A stretch of 63,369 bases of DNA, the filler included, from Octopus bimaculoides (Eukaryota), in assembly GCF_001194135.2 (NCBI RefSeq). It is 6 parts of 6 records of this genome, joined end to end, with 100 filler letters (N's around TTAATTAATTAA, not from the genome) between each part and the next. Parts side by side here need not be neighbours in the genome. Positions count along the whole stretch, not along the records: positions 53,899 to 63,369 come from NC_068998.1; 5 more parts are not named here. One strand, 5' to 3'. Within the stretch, counting starts at the first letter, position 1. Each line of letters starts with the position of its first letter. The translations under genes and the position numbers were made by a program. A model generated the notes under the pieces. The model had not been told where the DNA came from. It did not search any database and saw only the letters and a program-made list of their open reading frames with translations. This document shows, piece by piece, positions 63,160 through 63,369 of the stretch.

Positions 63160-63369
63160 CAGGGTTGGCCCAAAGTCACCCAACAGTAAATCAAAATTCC
63201 ATAAATACTATTTGTAATTCTGTATTGACTCAAATGGCAAAATGTGTCGCTCAAGAAGGACTTCAGTTCGAACAATTTTCATGATGTTTCATATTTAGAT
63301 GCTTTTATTGAATTCATTCAGTTGTTAAACATAAATAAATTGTTTTGATTTACTGTCAAGTGACTTTTG
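63160..63369. mobile_element. Tc1/mariner-type MITE (right TIR runs off the window)
   Basis: TA|CAGGGTTGGCCCAAAGTCACCCAACAGTAAATCAAAA; the window ends TTTTGATTTACTGTCAAGTGACTTTTG, its inverted counterpart. Confidence 0.8.

Overview
This is AT-rich, microsatellite-dense eukaryotic genomic DNA with many sized N gaps. Its SINE families, simple repeats and transposon spectrum look like an Octopus (coleoid cephalopod) assembly. Five 100-bp unsized joins (44 N + TTAATTAATTAA + 44 N) split the window into six blocks that may not be truly contiguous. The only well-supported host gene is an SLC46/PCFT-family MFS transporter on the minus strand (coding exons 34920-34113 and 32881-32639). Its likely promoter and first exon lie at about 42.2-42.45 kb, and its C-terminal exons are not visible, probably lost at the 31.5-kb join. 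The rest is mostly decayed mobile DNA: an RLE-type LINE, Tx1, RTE/BovB, CR1/L2-group LINEs, Penelope-like elements (PLEs), mariner, maT (DD37D), Tc1, hAT MITEs and about five SINE families. Signals worth a second look: (1) minimal type I hammerhead ribozymes, two of them sharing an unusual A.A at the base of stem II, one inside a tandem unit nested in a SINE; (2) long near-perfect hairpins at 17.1-17.5 kb and 58.6-58.8 kb plus a nested 3.4-kb inverted PLE structure; (3) a LINE 3' tail matching the commonest SINE; (4) a mosaic CpG-decay pattern that outlines gene bodies; (5) a disabled Thr-rich mucin-like coding remnant. Repeat coordinates are approximate to within about 10-20 bp. No database searches were run.
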